DNA of 64,000 bases from positions 14,915 through 78,914 of the forward strand of contig JBCCYL010000023.1 in the NCBI GenBank assembly GCA_039189765.1, given 5' to 3'. The position numbers were made by a program, and so were the translations under genes. Shown one piece after another: positions 1 through 10,146 of this stretch; the first letter of the stretch is position 1; each line of letters starts with the position of its first letter. The notes below the pieces were generated by a model. That model was not told the origin of the DNA. It did not search any database and saw only the letters and a list, made by a program, of their open reading frames with translations. Origin of the DNA: Cyanobacteria bacterium P01_F01_bin.150. GTDB taxonomy: Bacteria > Cyanobacteriota > Cyanobacteriia > CAKZMO01.

Positions 1-2
1 AT

Positions 3-1277
3 ATGTTCGACTTGGGCGAATTTGACCAGAAGGGCAGTGTACGCACCAAGTACGGTAACCGTCAGCAGTATCTGGACGCGATCGCCTCCCTCCATGACAA
101 CGGCATCCAAGTCTATGCTGATGCGGTCCTCAATCACCGCATGGGCGGGGATAAAACCGAAACCATGAAGGCAACCCCTTTCCCCCAAGACAATCGTCTC
201 CAGCCAAAGGGGGATTTACACGAAATTGAAAGCTACACTCATTTCACCTTTCCCGGTCGTCAGGGCAAATATTCTGAGTTTGAGTGGCACTGGTGGCATT
301 TTGATGCGGTGGACTACAACACCCGTGGTAGCGATGGCAATACGGTCTATTTGCTTGAAGGAAAAGTGTTTGACGACTACGTAGCCCTTGAGAAGGGCAA
401 CTTTGCCTATCTGATGGGCTGTGACCTAGATTTTCAGAATGAATGGGTGCGTGGTGAAGTGACCCATTGGGGACAGTGGTATCTGGACACTACGGGAGTA
501 GATGGCTTCCGCCTAGACGCCATCAAGCATATTTCTTCCTGGTTTTTCCCACAATGGATCAAGGCCCTGGAAGACTATGCCAAGAAAGATTTATTTGTTG
601 TTGGCGAGTATTGGTACAACGATTTAGGCACCCTTCTGTGGTACATCGATGCGGTCCAGGGCAAAATGTCTGTTTTTGACGTACCTTTACATTACAATTT
701 CCATCAAGCTAGTAAGGCCGGCGGTCATTACAATATGGCCACTCTTCTTCACAATACTGTGATGCAAGCCCGACCTACCCATGCCGTAACCTTTGTGGAA
801 AATCACGATTCCCAACCGTTGCAGGCCTTAGAGTCTGTGGTGGAACCTTGGTTTAAGCCCTTAGCCTATGCCATTATTTTGCTGCGTCAGGAAGGGTATC
901 CCTGCGTGTTCCATGCGGACTACTATGGGGCGAACTACAGCGATCGCGGCTATGACATCTATATGCCCTCCCACCAATTCCTGATCGATAAGTTTCTGGA
1001 CGCCCGTCGTAATTATGCTTACGGTCCCCAGTATGACTACTTTGACCATTTCAATACCGTTGGCTGGACTCGTTTGGGCGATAAGGAACATCCCAAATGT
1101 ATGGCGGTGCTAATGAGTGATGGTCCCTTTGGGGCCAAGTGGATGGAGGTCGGAAAGCCCAACGTCAAACTGGTCGATATTACCGAGCATGTCAAAGACC
1201 CGGTGTACACTAACGATTGGGGCTGGGCCGAGTTTCTCTGCAATGGGGGTTCGGTGTCCGTCTGGGTAGAAGTCTAG
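3..1277 (+). CDS. amyA: Alpha-amylase (GH13, bacterial liquefying/cytoplasmic type), 5' end outside window
   Basis: GH13 motifs DAVLNH, GFRLDAIKH (nucleophile D), VGEYW, FVENHD. Confidence 0.93.
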   Translation: MFDLGEFDQKGSVRTKYGNRQQYLDAIASLHDNGIQVYADAVLNHRMGGDKTETMKATPFPQDNRLQPKGDLHEIESYTHFTFPGRQGKYSEFEWHWWHFDAVDYNTRGSDGNTVYLLEGKVFDDYVALEKGNFAYLMGCDLDFQNEWVRGEVTHWGQWYLDTTGVDGFRLDAIKHISSWFFPQWIKALEDYAKKDLFVVGEYWYNDLGTLLWYIDAVQGKMSVFDVPLHYNFHQASKAGGHYNMATLLHNTVMQARPTHAVTFVENHDSQPLQALESVVEPWFKPLAYAIILLRQEGYPCVFHADYYGANYSDRGYDIYMPSHQFLIDKFLDARRNYAYGPQYDYFDHFNTVGWTRLGDKEHPKCMAVLMSDGPFGAKWMEVGKPNVKLVDITEHVKDPVYTNDWGWAEFLCNGGSVSVWVEV

Positions 1278-1286
1278 GGCGCGATT

Positions 1287-1961
1287 ATGGCTATCCTCGA
1301 TGCTAAAAAGTCATACACCTTTAGCCAACTTGGTAAGCTGACAGTGCCGACAGACGAGTTGCTAGCAGAATTTGGCTACCAATTTAGTCGTCGGCACATT
1401 GAGCTACCCCAAGCAACAGGCGATTTAAAGGAAACGTTAGCGCAAATCGAGGTTACCCGACAGCGAATCGATCGCATTCTTCCCCTCGCTGACCTGGCGA
1501 ATGAAACGTCCCGCCGTGAAACTCTAATTGCGCCTGTAATCACTGATGTGGCAATTAATAGCCAGGCTCAGCTACGGATTGAATATGCGATCGCGGTCTC
1601 CAACTGGCTCCAGGGCGTGTTTGATTATTTGCTGATTAAAGCCTCTAGCCCTCAGTCTTTCAAATCCCCTTTCGGTCCGCTCCTGGTCGTAGAAGCTAAA
1701 CAAGAGGATTTGACCAAGGGGTTTAATCAAATGGCGGTGGAACTAATTGCCCTGGACCAATGGGAAAAAAGCCCATCGGTTGATGCATATCCGTCTTTTG
1801 TTGGTGCCGTTACCACCGGAGATATTTGGCGATTTGGCTGTCTAGATCGGGTCAACAAGTCTATCATTCAACATCTCTCCCTATACAGAGTCCCCGAGGA
1901 TCTTGAAGCAGTGGAGCGAATTTTAATCGGTATTTTAAGTAATTGGACACAATTAATTTAA
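1287..1961 (+). CDS. Conserved cyanobacterial hypothetical protein with PD-(D/E)xK nuclease-like motifs
   Basis: G.FDYLL...VVEAK...Q...EL..GAVTTG.IW.F pattern. Confidence 0.6.
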   Translation: MAILDAKKSYTFSQLGKLTVPTDELLAEFGYQFSRRHIELPQATGDLKETLAQIEVTRQRIDRILPLADLANETSRRETLIAPVITDVAINSQAQLRIEYAIAVSNWLQGVFDYLLIKASSPQSFKSPFGPLLVVEAKQEDLTKGFNQMAVELIALDQWEKSPSVDAYPSFVGAVTTGDIWRFGCLDRVNKSIIQHLSLYRVPEDLEAVERILIGILSNWTQLI

Positions 1962-1967
1962 TAAAAG

Positions 1968-2002
1968 TTGAGATGTGCGCTCCGGAGGGGCGCATATCTC
2001 AA
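1968..2002. terminator. Hairpin between convergent genes (probable terminator)
   Basis: TTGAGATGTGCGC / GCGCATATCTCAA stem flanked by A-rich tracts. Confidence 0.6.
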
Positions 2003-2029
2003 TAAAAATAATGTTGTCTAGGTGCTTAA

Positions 2030-2368
2030 TTACATGATTTGAAAGGGGCTGACGATATTTAGAAACTTGCGGATTTGCAGGATAAAAATTAGGTGTTGAG
2101 TCTCAGCGTTGAGTGAGGGGGGATCATCCGATTCTGCCAGGTCTTGCTGTAGCTCCACATATTCACTAGCCGTTAACGGTTCCCCATCAACGGGCGATCG
2201 CGCCTCCAGAATAATCTCCGTCCGCAAAATCTCTTCGGGCGTATCCTCTGGTGGCGGCAGAGCCACAGTGGATTGGGAGAATGGCAGCGTGGCGATCGCC
2301 ACGCTGCCGACGATTCCCATCACAATATGCTTTGGCAAACAACAGAAATAGAACTTACAGTTATTCAT
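2030..2368 (-). CDS. Conserved cyanobacterial hypothetical protein (start may be downstream)
   Basis: Signal-like N-terminus, then LPPPEDTPEEILRTEIILEARSPVDG.PLTA.EY motif. Confidence 0.7.
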   Translation of the reverse strand: MNNCKFYFCCLPKHIVMGIVGSVAIATLPFSQSTVALPPPEDTPEEILRTEIILEARSPVDGEPLTASEYVELQQDLAESDDPPSLNAETQHLIFILQIRKFLNIVSPFQIM

Positions 2369-2370
2369 CT

Positions 2371-2421
2371 CTATTTCTTCTCGACAATCTTACAAAGGAC
2401 TTTTCCAGAGACTGATTTCAT
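2371..2421 (-). pseudogene. Truncated HicA-like toxin remnant (MKSVSGKVLCKIVEKK*)
   Basis: 16-codon ORF matching the typical HicA N-terminal helix (MKSxSGKxLCKIVExKGW), directly downstream of hicB; stops where GW would follow. Confidence 0.6.
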
Positions 2422-2482
2422 AGTGGGAGTTCCCCTTGGAGTTGATTGAGACTATTAAATCAGGTCAGCTTCGGCATTGGTC

Positions 2483-2686
2483 TCATAGCGAGAGTTCCAC
2501 TAACTGCTTTTCTGGGTCAATTGGCTCTTGCTCACTAGCAACCTCCAGCCAGCCCTCAACCGCTTCTTCTAGCATCTTCACTAACTCGTCATAGCTCTCT
2601 CCCCAAGTGTGACAGCCCGGTAATGCAGGAACCGAGCCACACCACACCCCGTCCTCTTCTTTCCAAATGACTGCTTTAAGTTTCAT
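2483..2686 (-). CDS. hicB: HicB family antitoxin (short form)
   Basis: MKLKAVIWKEEDGVWCGSVPALPGCHTWGESYDE...EAVEGWL; likely start ATG 2686. Confidence 0.85.
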   Translation of the reverse strand: MKLKAVIWKEEDGVWCGSVPALPGCHTWGESYDELVKMLEEAVEGWLEVASEQEPIDPEKQLVELSL

Positions 2687-2796
2687 TTCTGAGACCTTGA
2701 ACATCAACTTGAAGATTTCTGGTCTAATTGTGGCATGGGGTGCGATCGCTACCAACCCCCATACTCTTCAGACAACATTGGTGCTGCCACTAGTGG

Positions 2797-3714
2797 CTAA
2801 GCTGCCACCGAATTCGGCACCGAATCCAGCAGCTCCTGTACCAAGGTTTTGGCTCGATGACCGCTACTGGGAATTAGGCGGTGGGCTAGAACTGCAATCG
2901 CCAATTCCTTTACATCGTCCGGGATCACAAAATCTCGCCCTTTCAAAAAAGCTAGAGCTTGGCTGGTCCGATGAAGTGCCACAGTGCCCCTGGGACTGAC
3001 TCCCAATCGAATATCGTTATGATCACGGGTCGCTCGGACCAAGGCTAAAATATAGCGCTGAACATTATCCTTAACTCTGACCTGGGCACAGGCATCCCGT
3101 AATTGTTTCACCTCTGCTAGCGAGATACATGGCTCAATCTTTTGGGACGCTTTGCCATCCTGCAACCGCTGTAGCATCTGTAATTCTTCTGATTCCGACG
3201 GATAGCCCAAACTCAACGAGAGGCTAAAACGATCCATTTGGGCCTCAGGCAGAGGAAACGTCCCTTGATACTCCACTGGGTTCTGGGTGGCAATGACAAA
3301 AAACGGTTCAGGCACAGAGCGAGACACGCCATCCGTTGTCACCTGGTGTTCTTCCATCACCTCTAGCAATGCAGACTGGGTACGAGGAGTCGCTCGGTTA
3401 ATCTCATCCGTGAGCAATATGTTTCCAAAGACTGGTCCCTGTAAAAACTCAAACTCTCCGGTCTGCGGATTCCAAATATTAGTTCCAGTAACATCAGTCG
3501 GTAACAGGTCTGGAGTACACTGCACTCGCTTAAAAGAACCATCAATTGAGCGAGCTAAAGACTTAGCCAGCAGGGTTTTGCCCACACCAGGTACATCTTC
3601 TAACAAAACATGACCGCCAGAAAAAAGTGCGGTTAAAACAAGCTGAATCTCTTGCTCTTTACCAACAATGGCACGACCTAAATTGCTGATTAAGCGTTCA
3701 ATACTCTCTCTCAT
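2797..3714 (-). CDS. moxR: MoxR family AAA+ ATPase
   Basis: LEDVPGVGKT Walker A, RVQCTPDLLPTD, DEINRATPRTQSALLE, ATQNPVEYQGTFPLPEAQMDRF. Confidence 0.95.
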   Translation of the reverse strand: MRESIERLISNLGRAIVGKEQEIQLVLTALFSGGHVLLEDVPGVGKTLLAKSLARSIDGSFKRVQCTPDLLPTDVTGTNIWNPQTGEFEFLQGPVFGNILLTDEINRATPRTQSALLEVMEEHQVTTDGVSRSVPEPFFVIATQNPVEYQGTFPLPEAQMDRFSLSLSLGYPSESEELQMLQRLQDGKASQKIEPCISLAEVKQLRDACAQVRVKDNVQRYILALVRATRDHNDIRLGVSPRGTVALHRTSQALAFLKGRDFVIPDDVKELAIAVLAHRLIPSSGHRAKTLVQELLDSVPNSVAA

Positions 3715-3996
3715 ATATTCTCCTCATATGATCCTCTTCATAAAGGTTTCACCTCGAACAGGATTGCCATTGTGATAGTTGTGTGGAGATCACCTAAATC
3801 GCAACGAGGAAAAACATACGAGTCTAATTTATCTAAATACTGATATGACCTGAACTAGCCAGGCAGTAATCAGGAACGGTGTCCTTTCTCCCAGTATGGT
3901 CACGCCACGTAGGTAGCGTAGGCCATTTAAATAAGATCCATATGATCCGGGCTTTATCCTCGTTGTGACAATGACCCTACTGGAGAGAGTACCCAA

Positions 3997-4176
3997 TTAC
4001 TCATCATCATCGTCATCTTCATCGTCTTCAGGATAGACAAAGCTAGCAGACTGGCCGGTTAGAACAGACTTGCCTTGGGACAGTGCCCTCTCTGCTTGAA
4101 GACGAGCCTTTCCTTTCCAGACAGCACGACGCATACTGCGCTTAGATTTAGACGTTCGTTTCTTTGGAACTGCCAT
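3997..4176 (-). CDS. rpmF: 50S ribosomal protein L32 (59 aa; absent from supplied ORF track)
   Basis: Manual translation [59 protein letters not shown]. Confidence 0.95.
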   Translation of the reverse strand: MAVPKKRTSKSKRSMRRAVWKGKARLQAERALSQGKSVLTGQSASFVYPEDDEDDDDDE

Positions 4177-4274
4177 GATTTAGTGGGTTAGTTGACAACC
4201 TTTCAATAATAGAGCATCGGGTCTTCTCTTGCCACATAAAAATCAACTTGCTACCCTGACCTAAGTAAGCAGGC

Positions 4275-4355
4275 GGGATTTCGTTTTAAGGCGAAACAGA
4301 ATTAACGGCGGTATGGACGCGACGCGCCCACACCGCCCGCCTAACGTTGATACCC
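4275..4355 (+). repeat. ~80-bp two-hairpin dispersed element, family 1, copy A
   Basis: GGGATTTCGTTTTAAGGCGAAAC - GC-rich hairpin - CGCCTAACGTTGATACCC. Confidence 0.85.
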
Positions 4356-4370
4356 GGCAGGAGGGCACTG

Positions 4371-5246
4371 GTGAAAACAGCAGGTAATACAGTCATCTTA
4401 GGCTGTGGATATGTGGGACAAAGAGTTGCCCAGACTTGGTTAAATCAAGGGTTAGGCGTAGTCGTAACCACCACCACAGCGTCTAAAGTGTCAGAGTTAG
4501 AAGCGATCGCGAGCAATGACAATCGTCATCCCACAGCAGTTGTTATGCAAGGCAACGACGCCAATGCCTTAACAAAGCTATTGTCAGGACAAGACACGTT
4601 ACTGGTGTCATTAGCGCCCCATAGAGGCGGGTCCTACAAAGATACCTATTTAGCAACGGCCCAGACCCTAGCCCAGGTGCTCCCTCAAACATCAATCAAG
4701 CAGGTGATTTACACCAGCAGCTTTGGCGTCTATGGCAACCATGGAGGCCATTGGGTCACTGAAGAAACGGCGATCGCCCCCACTACGGACAGTCGTCAAA
4801 TACTTGCCGACTCTGAAAAGTATTTGTTAGACATCGCTTCTGAGAAACTACTGGTGTGCATACTACGCTTAGGTGGCATCTACGGTCCTGGCCGCGAGCT
4901 ATTGAGAATTTTCCAACGGCTGTCTGGCACCACAGCAGATGGGGATGGAAAATCGCCCAGCAACTGGGTTCATGTGGATGATATCGTCGGCTCAATTGAT
5001 TTTGCGCAAGCCCATCGCCTCAGAGGTATTTACAACGTGGTTCAGGATACAATTTTGAGCCGTAGAGACCTGTTGGATCGGCTGTTTCAGACGTACAATC
5101 TACCAGGGGTGGAGTGGAATCCAAGCGTTGCGGGGCAGCGATCGCTCAACGTTAAAGTATCCAATCAAAAGTTAAGAGATGCAGGCTACTCTTTTATTCA
5201 CACTGATTTCTGGATTCCAGCCGACTACAAACTTCCTCAAACGTAA
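4371..5246 (+). CDS. NAD-dependent epimerase/dehydratase (atypical SDR)
   Basis: ILGCGYVG Rossmann motif, YTSS.GVYG, LRLGGIYGPGR; GTG 4371 after AGGAGG (TTG 4347 lies inside the repeat). Confidence 0.85.
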   Translation: MKTAGNTVILGCGYVGQRVAQTWLNQGLGVVVTTTTASKVSELEAIASNDNRHPTAVVMQGNDANALTKLLSGQDTLLVSLAPHRGGSYKDTYLATAQTLAQVLPQTSIKQVIYTSSFGVYGNHGGHWVTEETAIAPTTDSRQILADSEKYLLDIASEKLLVCILRLGGIYGPGRELLRIFQRLSGTTADGDGKSPSNWVHVDDIVGSIDFAQAHRLRGIYNVVQDTILSRRDLLDRLFQTYNLPGVEWNPSVAGQRSLNVKVSNQKLRDAGYSFIHTDFWIPADYKLPQT

Positions 5247-5249
5247 CTC

Positions 5250-6269
5250 ATGAAAATTGTTTATTTTGGTACCCCCCAATTTGCCGTCCCGAGCCTAGAA
5301 AAACTGTTCGAAGTTCCTGACATAAATGTGGTTGCTGTAGTGACGCAACCTGATAAACGGCGAGGACGAGGCAACAAATTAATTCCATCCCCCGTGAAAG
5401 CGATCGCCGTTGCCCACGATATTCCCGTATGGCAGCCCAAAAGCGTCAAAAAAGATGATGCAACGTTGGAACAGTTAGCGGCAGTCCAAGCGGATGCATT
5501 CGTGGTAGTAGCCTATGGCCAAATTTTGTCCCAGCAAATTCTAGATATGCCTCGGCTAGGCTGTATCAATGGTCATGGCTCTATTTTGCCGGAGTACCGA
5601 GGAGCCGCGCCGATTCAGTGGTGTTTAGTCCACGGCAAATCAGAAACGGGGATGACCTCCATGCTGATGGATGCGGGCATGGATACGGGACCCATGTTGC
5701 TTAAACGCACCGTACCCATTGGCTGGCTTGATACCACCTTAGACCTGGCGAAATCTTTGTCTGCTCTATCTGCAGAGCTGTTAGTGGAGACGCTCAATGG
5801 TTTAGACCAGGGCACCATTGAACCAATCCCCCAGGATAATGCTCAGGCCACCTATGCTCCGTTGATTAAAAAGGAGGACTACGGTTTGGACTGGTCCAAG
5901 TCGGCGATCGCCCTCCATAATCAAATTCGCGGCTTTTATCCCAACTGCGTCACCACGTTTCGAGACCAGTCTCTCAAAATTAAGGAATCGCTGCCCATTC
6001 ACCCATCGATTGCAGACGATCTGACCCAAACCCTACCGGAAACATTTACTGAGGCAATTTCCCAAGGCTTAGACCTTCTGCCCACTCTCGATTCGAGCCA
6101 AATCAAGCCAGGGACAGTGGTGGCTTTAGTTAAAAATACCGGAGCACTTGTTTGCACGGGCGATGGGCTGTTGCTGATTCGGGAGGCACAACTGGCAGGG
6201 AAGCGATCGCAATCCGGCTGGGATTTTGTCAACGGCACTCGCTTGGAGGTAGGGGAAAAGCTTAATTAA
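5250..6269 (+). CDS. fmt: Methionyl-tRNA formyltransferase
   Basis: [46 protein letters not shown]. Confidence 0.97.
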   Translation: MKIVYFGTPQFAVPSLEKLFEVPDINVVAVVTQPDKRRGRGNKLIPSPVKAIAVAHDIPVWQPKSVKKDDATLEQLAAVQADAFVVVAYGQILSQQILDMPRLGCINGHGSILPEYRGAAPIQWCLVHGKSETGMTSMLMDAGMDTGPMLLKRTVPIGWLDTTLDLAKSLSALSAELLVETLNGLDQGTIEPIPQDNAQATYAPLIKKEDYGLDWSKSAIALHNQIRGFYPNCVTTFRDQSLKIKESLPIHPSIADDLTQTLPETFTEAISQGLDLLPTLDSSQIKPGTVVALVKNTGALVCTGDGLLLIREAQLAGKRSQSGWDFVNGTRLEVGEKLN

Positions 6270-6275
6270 ATTTAC

Positions 6276-7268
6276 CTAAGCTGATTTAGGTAATATTTCT
6301 GTAGGGGATAAAGAAACTGACTCCACAGAAGCAGTCGGCAGATCGGGCGAGGGCTGCAGCCTTCCATCTTCCAGGTAGGTAATGTGGTCAGCAACATCTT
6401 TGATACGGGGATCGTGAGTGACCATCAAAACGGTGCGATCGCCTTCTTTCGCCAATCTACACAGCATTTCAATCACCATATGACCGCTGTGGGAGTCCAA
6501 CGCCGCAGTTGGCTCATCAGCCATGATTAAAGGAGGATTTCCAGCCAAGGCCCGGGCGATCGCCACCCGTTGCTTCTGCCCACCAGAAAGATTTTTCGGC
6601 AAGTGATTAGCTTTATCTCCCAACCCAACTTGTTCTAACCAGTACAGCGCCTCTTTACGAGCTTGTCGAGGGCGAATGCCGCGCATTTTAAGGGCAACCA
6701 CGATATTCTCAGTGGCAGTCAAAGCATCAAACAAATTGAAGCCTTGGAAAATAAAGCCAATGTTATTGAGACGAAACTTGGCTAGCTGCCGTTTGGACAG
6801 CTTAGTGATGTTTGTGCCCAAAAGGTTAACGTTACCCGCTATCGGGCTGAGGATGCCGCCTAAAATTGACAGCAGGGTAGTTTTGCCTGAACCTGATGGC
6901 CCCATCAGCAGCTGAACTGTGCCGGGTTGAATGCCCAAATTTACATCGTGGAGTACCGTCTGTGATTGGCTACCCGTCTGATACGTCATGCGGATATTGT
7001 GAGCGGCGATCGCATTCCCACTAATTGGAGTAGGCATTATAGAGGCGCTAGATACTACTAATACATCAGACTCCCGCCTCGAAGAGGCTTCATCAATATG
7101 GGGTAAGCAAGTAACCTGGCCATTTGCCATAACGTCATGCACTTTTACAGTATTGGATGCAGGAATAGAAGAACGCATTGGGTTAAGAGCATTTACTGAC
7201 CCAACAGGGCGGCGTCGAAGCAGCCGAGGAAATAGTACTGACGAATGAGTCATCGTTCTGGCACCCAT
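6276..7268 (-). CDS. ABC transporter ATP-binding protein (DevA/LolD/MacB-like); true start uncertain
   Basis: [45 protein letters not shown]. Confidence 0.9.
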   Translation of the reverse strand: MGARTMTHSSVLFPRLLRRRPVGSVNALNPMRSSIPASNTVKVHDVMANGQVTCLPHIDEASSRRESDVLVVSSASIMPTPISGNAIAAHNIRMTYQTGSQSQTVLHDVNLGIQPGTVQLLMGPSGSGKTTLLSILGGILSPIAGNVNLLGTNITKLSKRQLAKFRLNNIGFIFQGFNLFDALTATENIVVALKMRGIRPRQARKEALYWLEQVGLGDKANHLPKNLSGGQKQRVAIARALAGNPPLIMADEPTAALDSHSGHMVIEMLCRLAKEGDRTVLMVTHDPRIKDVADHITYLEDGRLQPSPDLPTASVESVSLSPTEILPKSA

Positions 7269-7622
7269 AGTAAAAACGTTATAAAACCAAAGTAATCATG
7301 CATAAAGCACTCTAATATTCATTAGTCTGCGCAATGAGAAGAACGATGTTCAACAGTATACGCAAGGAAAAAAGGTTTGCTATCCCCTGACAGCAGGACT
7401 CCATTCGGTGATTTCAGTAGCTGAATCGATAAAGCAAGGAACCAATAGAGGCAAAAAACCTAGAACTTTAACTAAAACGCTACACATGAATACCTCAAAT
7501 AAAGAATCTGCTCCAATAGGAACAGATAAAATCAACATTGAATCAACCATAACTATAATCAAGCCTCAAGCTGAGACGTGGCTATTCCAGAAATGAGATT
7601 GTCCTGAATATTTTGCCAAAAT

Positions 7623-7702
7623 CGGGTTCCGCTCTAAAGTGGACTGATCAAATAATGGTGTGGGCACAAAGCACCCACACTACCCGCCTAAAATTGATAC
7701 CC
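7623..7702 (+). repeat. Family 1 element, copy B
   Basis: CGGGTTCCGCTCTAAAGTGGAC ... GGTGTGGG/CCCACACT hairpin ... CGCCTAAAATTGATACCC; flanks CCAAAAT/CAAAAAT. Confidence 0.8.
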
Positions 7703-8158
7703 CAAAAATCTACATTAGGAAAATCTATCCTGGGAAAAACCACATACCCTTGTTTTTGCCAAATCTACCTTGACCACGAAAAATGCTGATCCCTGCTGCT
7801 GGAAATTACGCAAATTCTGAGTCTTATCTCGATGCATGTAAGTTTACTCACGCCATACTCATTAAGAATTGAGTATTTTCTTGGAGGTAATCTCTGGCAT
7901 TGATCGCAGAAACTTAATATCAGCTATGACAATACATAGATTGACATGGCTTTGCTACCATTAAATTTGCGCAGACAGGTATGACTCGAAATTCTTTGTG
8001 GAACTTAGAGTTCAGAGTCCGTTCGATATCTCAGCATCGAGATTTATCTAGCCAGTAAAAAAGCCTGACAGAAGGTCAGGCCATACAAGGTGTTTTCTAC
8101 CCTATGCAAGGTGTCTGATTCAGTGTTCCCGGTCTTATCTCTCAAATTGCAATTTAGG

Positions 8159-8236
8159 GCTTAAAACTTAAGCAGGGAAGGATGTAATAGGATACTGGGG
8201 CGCTTTGAATCCCAGTATCGCGTTAAAATACAAACC
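8159..8236 (-). repeat. ~78-bp hairpin element, family 2, copy 1
   Basis: Homologous to 58536-58611; flanked by exact 9-bp direct repeat CAATTTAGG (8150-8158, 8237-8245). Confidence 0.75.
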
Positions 8237-8367
8237 CAATTTAGGCGAGTTTCGTTGTGAAGTAGGCCCTAATTGACAATGGAAACGCAAGCGTTACTGC
8301 TTTCTAGCTGAGTCGGTATTTTTAGGGCGGGGGGCGGGGCAAGAACCAGGGTATCCCGTCCATTTTT

Positions 8368-8431
8368 GCATTTTCTAGAAAATGCTTGGAGTATCCATTG
8401 CTGACGATTGCCCGATGGACGTTAGTATAAT
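8368..8431 (+). promoter_or_regulatory. Putative cysE promoter: perfect 18-bp palindrome and -10 TATAAT
   Basis: GCATTTTCTAGAAAATGC at 8368-8385; TATAAT at 8426-8431, 40 nt before the start codon. Confidence 0.45.
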
Positions 8432-8470
8432 GAGTGTTCATATTCTCATTCCCAACGGGGGCAACGCGTC

Positions 8471-9355
8471 GTGCTGTCAATGCTAGCTGCTGATTTTCAG
8501 ATTATTTTTGATCGCGATCCTGCGGCTCGAAACTGGATAGAGGTTTTACTTTGCTATCCAGGACTCCAAGCCATTATGCTTCATCGCTTAGCTCACAGCT
8601 TCTATACCCTCAAACTTCCGGTTATTCCTCGTTTAGTGTCTCACCTGTCGCGCTTTTTAACGGGGATTGAAATTCATCCTGGTGCAGTCATTGGCAAAGG
8701 GCTATGCATCGACCATGGGATGGGAGTGGTAATTGGGGAGACTGCAATTTTGGGAGATTACTGCTTAATTTATCAAGGAGTAACCCTTGGAGGAACCGGC
8801 AAAGAAACTGGAAAACGTCATCCTACCCTGGGCGATAACGTCGTCGTTGGGGCAGGCGCAAAAGTTCTTGGAAATCTGCAAATCGGGAATAATGTCCGGG
8901 TTGGCGCTGGATCTGTTGTACTAAGAAATGTACCTTCTGACTGTACCGTGGTTGGAGTCCCAGGGCGTATTGTTTACCGCTCTGGGGAGAAAACAGGGCC
9001 GCTGGAACATGGTCGGCTTCCTGATTCAGAAGCGCAAGTCATTCGATTATTGCTCGATCGCATTGAAACGCTGGAGCAACAAGTCCAATCACTTACCCAT
9101 CAAACCACGACTGTTAATGGCAATATTAATGGTAATAATAGTCGTGGAGGTGCTGCTTATGACACAGAAGTCTATGAGAAAAGAGGCATCTCATCCCATG
9201 AGGATGTTCATATTGAAAAAAAATCAACCGCTCTTGCAGCGAAGTCTCCTATCATTGCTAATAAAATGCCCGTGCCGTCGCGCCCCAAAGTAACTCAAAG
9301 CTGTCAGATCAAGGATAAAGTAATCGAACAGTTTCTAGATAGTTCGGGGCTATAA
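8471..9355 (+). CDS. cysE: Serine O-acetyltransferase
   Basis: RDPAAR, TGIEIHPGA, IDHGMGVVIGETA, GVTLGGTGKETGKRHPT. Confidence 0.97.
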   Translation: MLSMLAADFQIIFDRDPAARNWIEVLLCYPGLQAIMLHRLAHSFYTLKLPVIPRLVSHLSRFLTGIEIHPGAVIGKGLCIDHGMGVVIGETAILGDYCLIYQGVTLGGTGKETGKRHPTLGDNVVVGAGAKVLGNLQIGNNVRVGAGSVVLRNVPSDCTVVGVPGRIVYRSGEKTGPLEHGRLPDSEAQVIRLLLDRIETLEQQVQSLTHQTTTVNGNINGNNSRGGAAYDTEVYEKRGISSHEDVHIEKKSTALAAKSPIIANKMPVPSRPKVTQSCQIKDKVIEQFLDSSGL

Positions 9356-9370
9356 AGTCAACAAAGCAAC

Positions 9371-9955
9371 ATGGCCATTCAGAAATCACAGTACGAGGAA
9401 CTACTAGCAACCTACACGGATCATCAGGGCATGCTCCTGCTGCTCAAAAGGTTTCGTCCGTACCTAGAAATGTTGCCTAGCATGCGTCGCCCAGGAGAGA
9501 GTTTGATTACCATTCCCCTCCCTATTGTTCGGGTGCGAGAGGCAGCCCCAGCAAGCAGCCTCAATACCTCTACATTAGCTCCGGGTGACGCAGTTCGCTT
9601 ACCCTGCGATGTTGCAGTGTTGATGTGTGACCCAGACTGGAAGATAAAAACGGGAGTCGAGATTTTCGTATTTATTCATCGCCCCAATGAAGATTTCTCA
9701 GACTTGCTTGGGCGATGGCGGCAAACTCAACTGTGGCTTAACAAAGGCTATGATTGGAATATGCCTCCCCGATACCGACACATTTTTAGTGAAGGCGCAG
9801 AAGAATCCTACGCCCTATTCGTTATTTTGCCTGAAACGCCTGAGCGTATCCGACGAGGTCTTAATGGAGCTGCCCTGCCATACGTTTTGGAAAATGTGCC
9901 TGTAGCCAAGGACAATAGCGAAGAAGAGCCTTTGGAGCCGGAATTGATTGATTGA
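9371..9955 (+). CDS. Conserved cyanobacterial hypothetical protein
   Basis: 194-aa ORF 15 nt after cysE; RPYLEMLPSMRR, LPCD...CDPDWKIK motifs. Confidence 0.75.
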   Translation: MAIQKSQYEELLATYTDHQGMLLLLKRFRPYLEMLPSMRRPGESLITIPLPIVRVREAAPASSLNTSTLAPGDAVRLPCDVAVLMCDPDWKIKTGVEIFVFIHRPNEDFSDLLGRWRQTQLWLNKGYDWNMPPRYRHIFSEGAEESYALFVILPETPERIRRGLNGAALPYVLENVPVAKDNSEEEPLEPELID

Positions 9956-10146
9956 TATGTTAACGACGAAACCAAAACTTGAATACATACCACAATACTT
10001 TAACGCCATCACGCCAATTGATTTTCTTTCCGGCTTCGTATAAACGACCGTAATAAATATGAGATGCCTGTCTCATATATCCGCCAGAGACGACGGGAAA
10101 GAGCTACTTTCATCGTAAACTCTACTTCAAAAGTTAAACCGGATTG

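Noticed and set aside
7380..7596. Two ~60-aa ORFs in the ABC-cysE spacer
   Set aside because: No RBS or motif support, and they overlap each other on opposite strands
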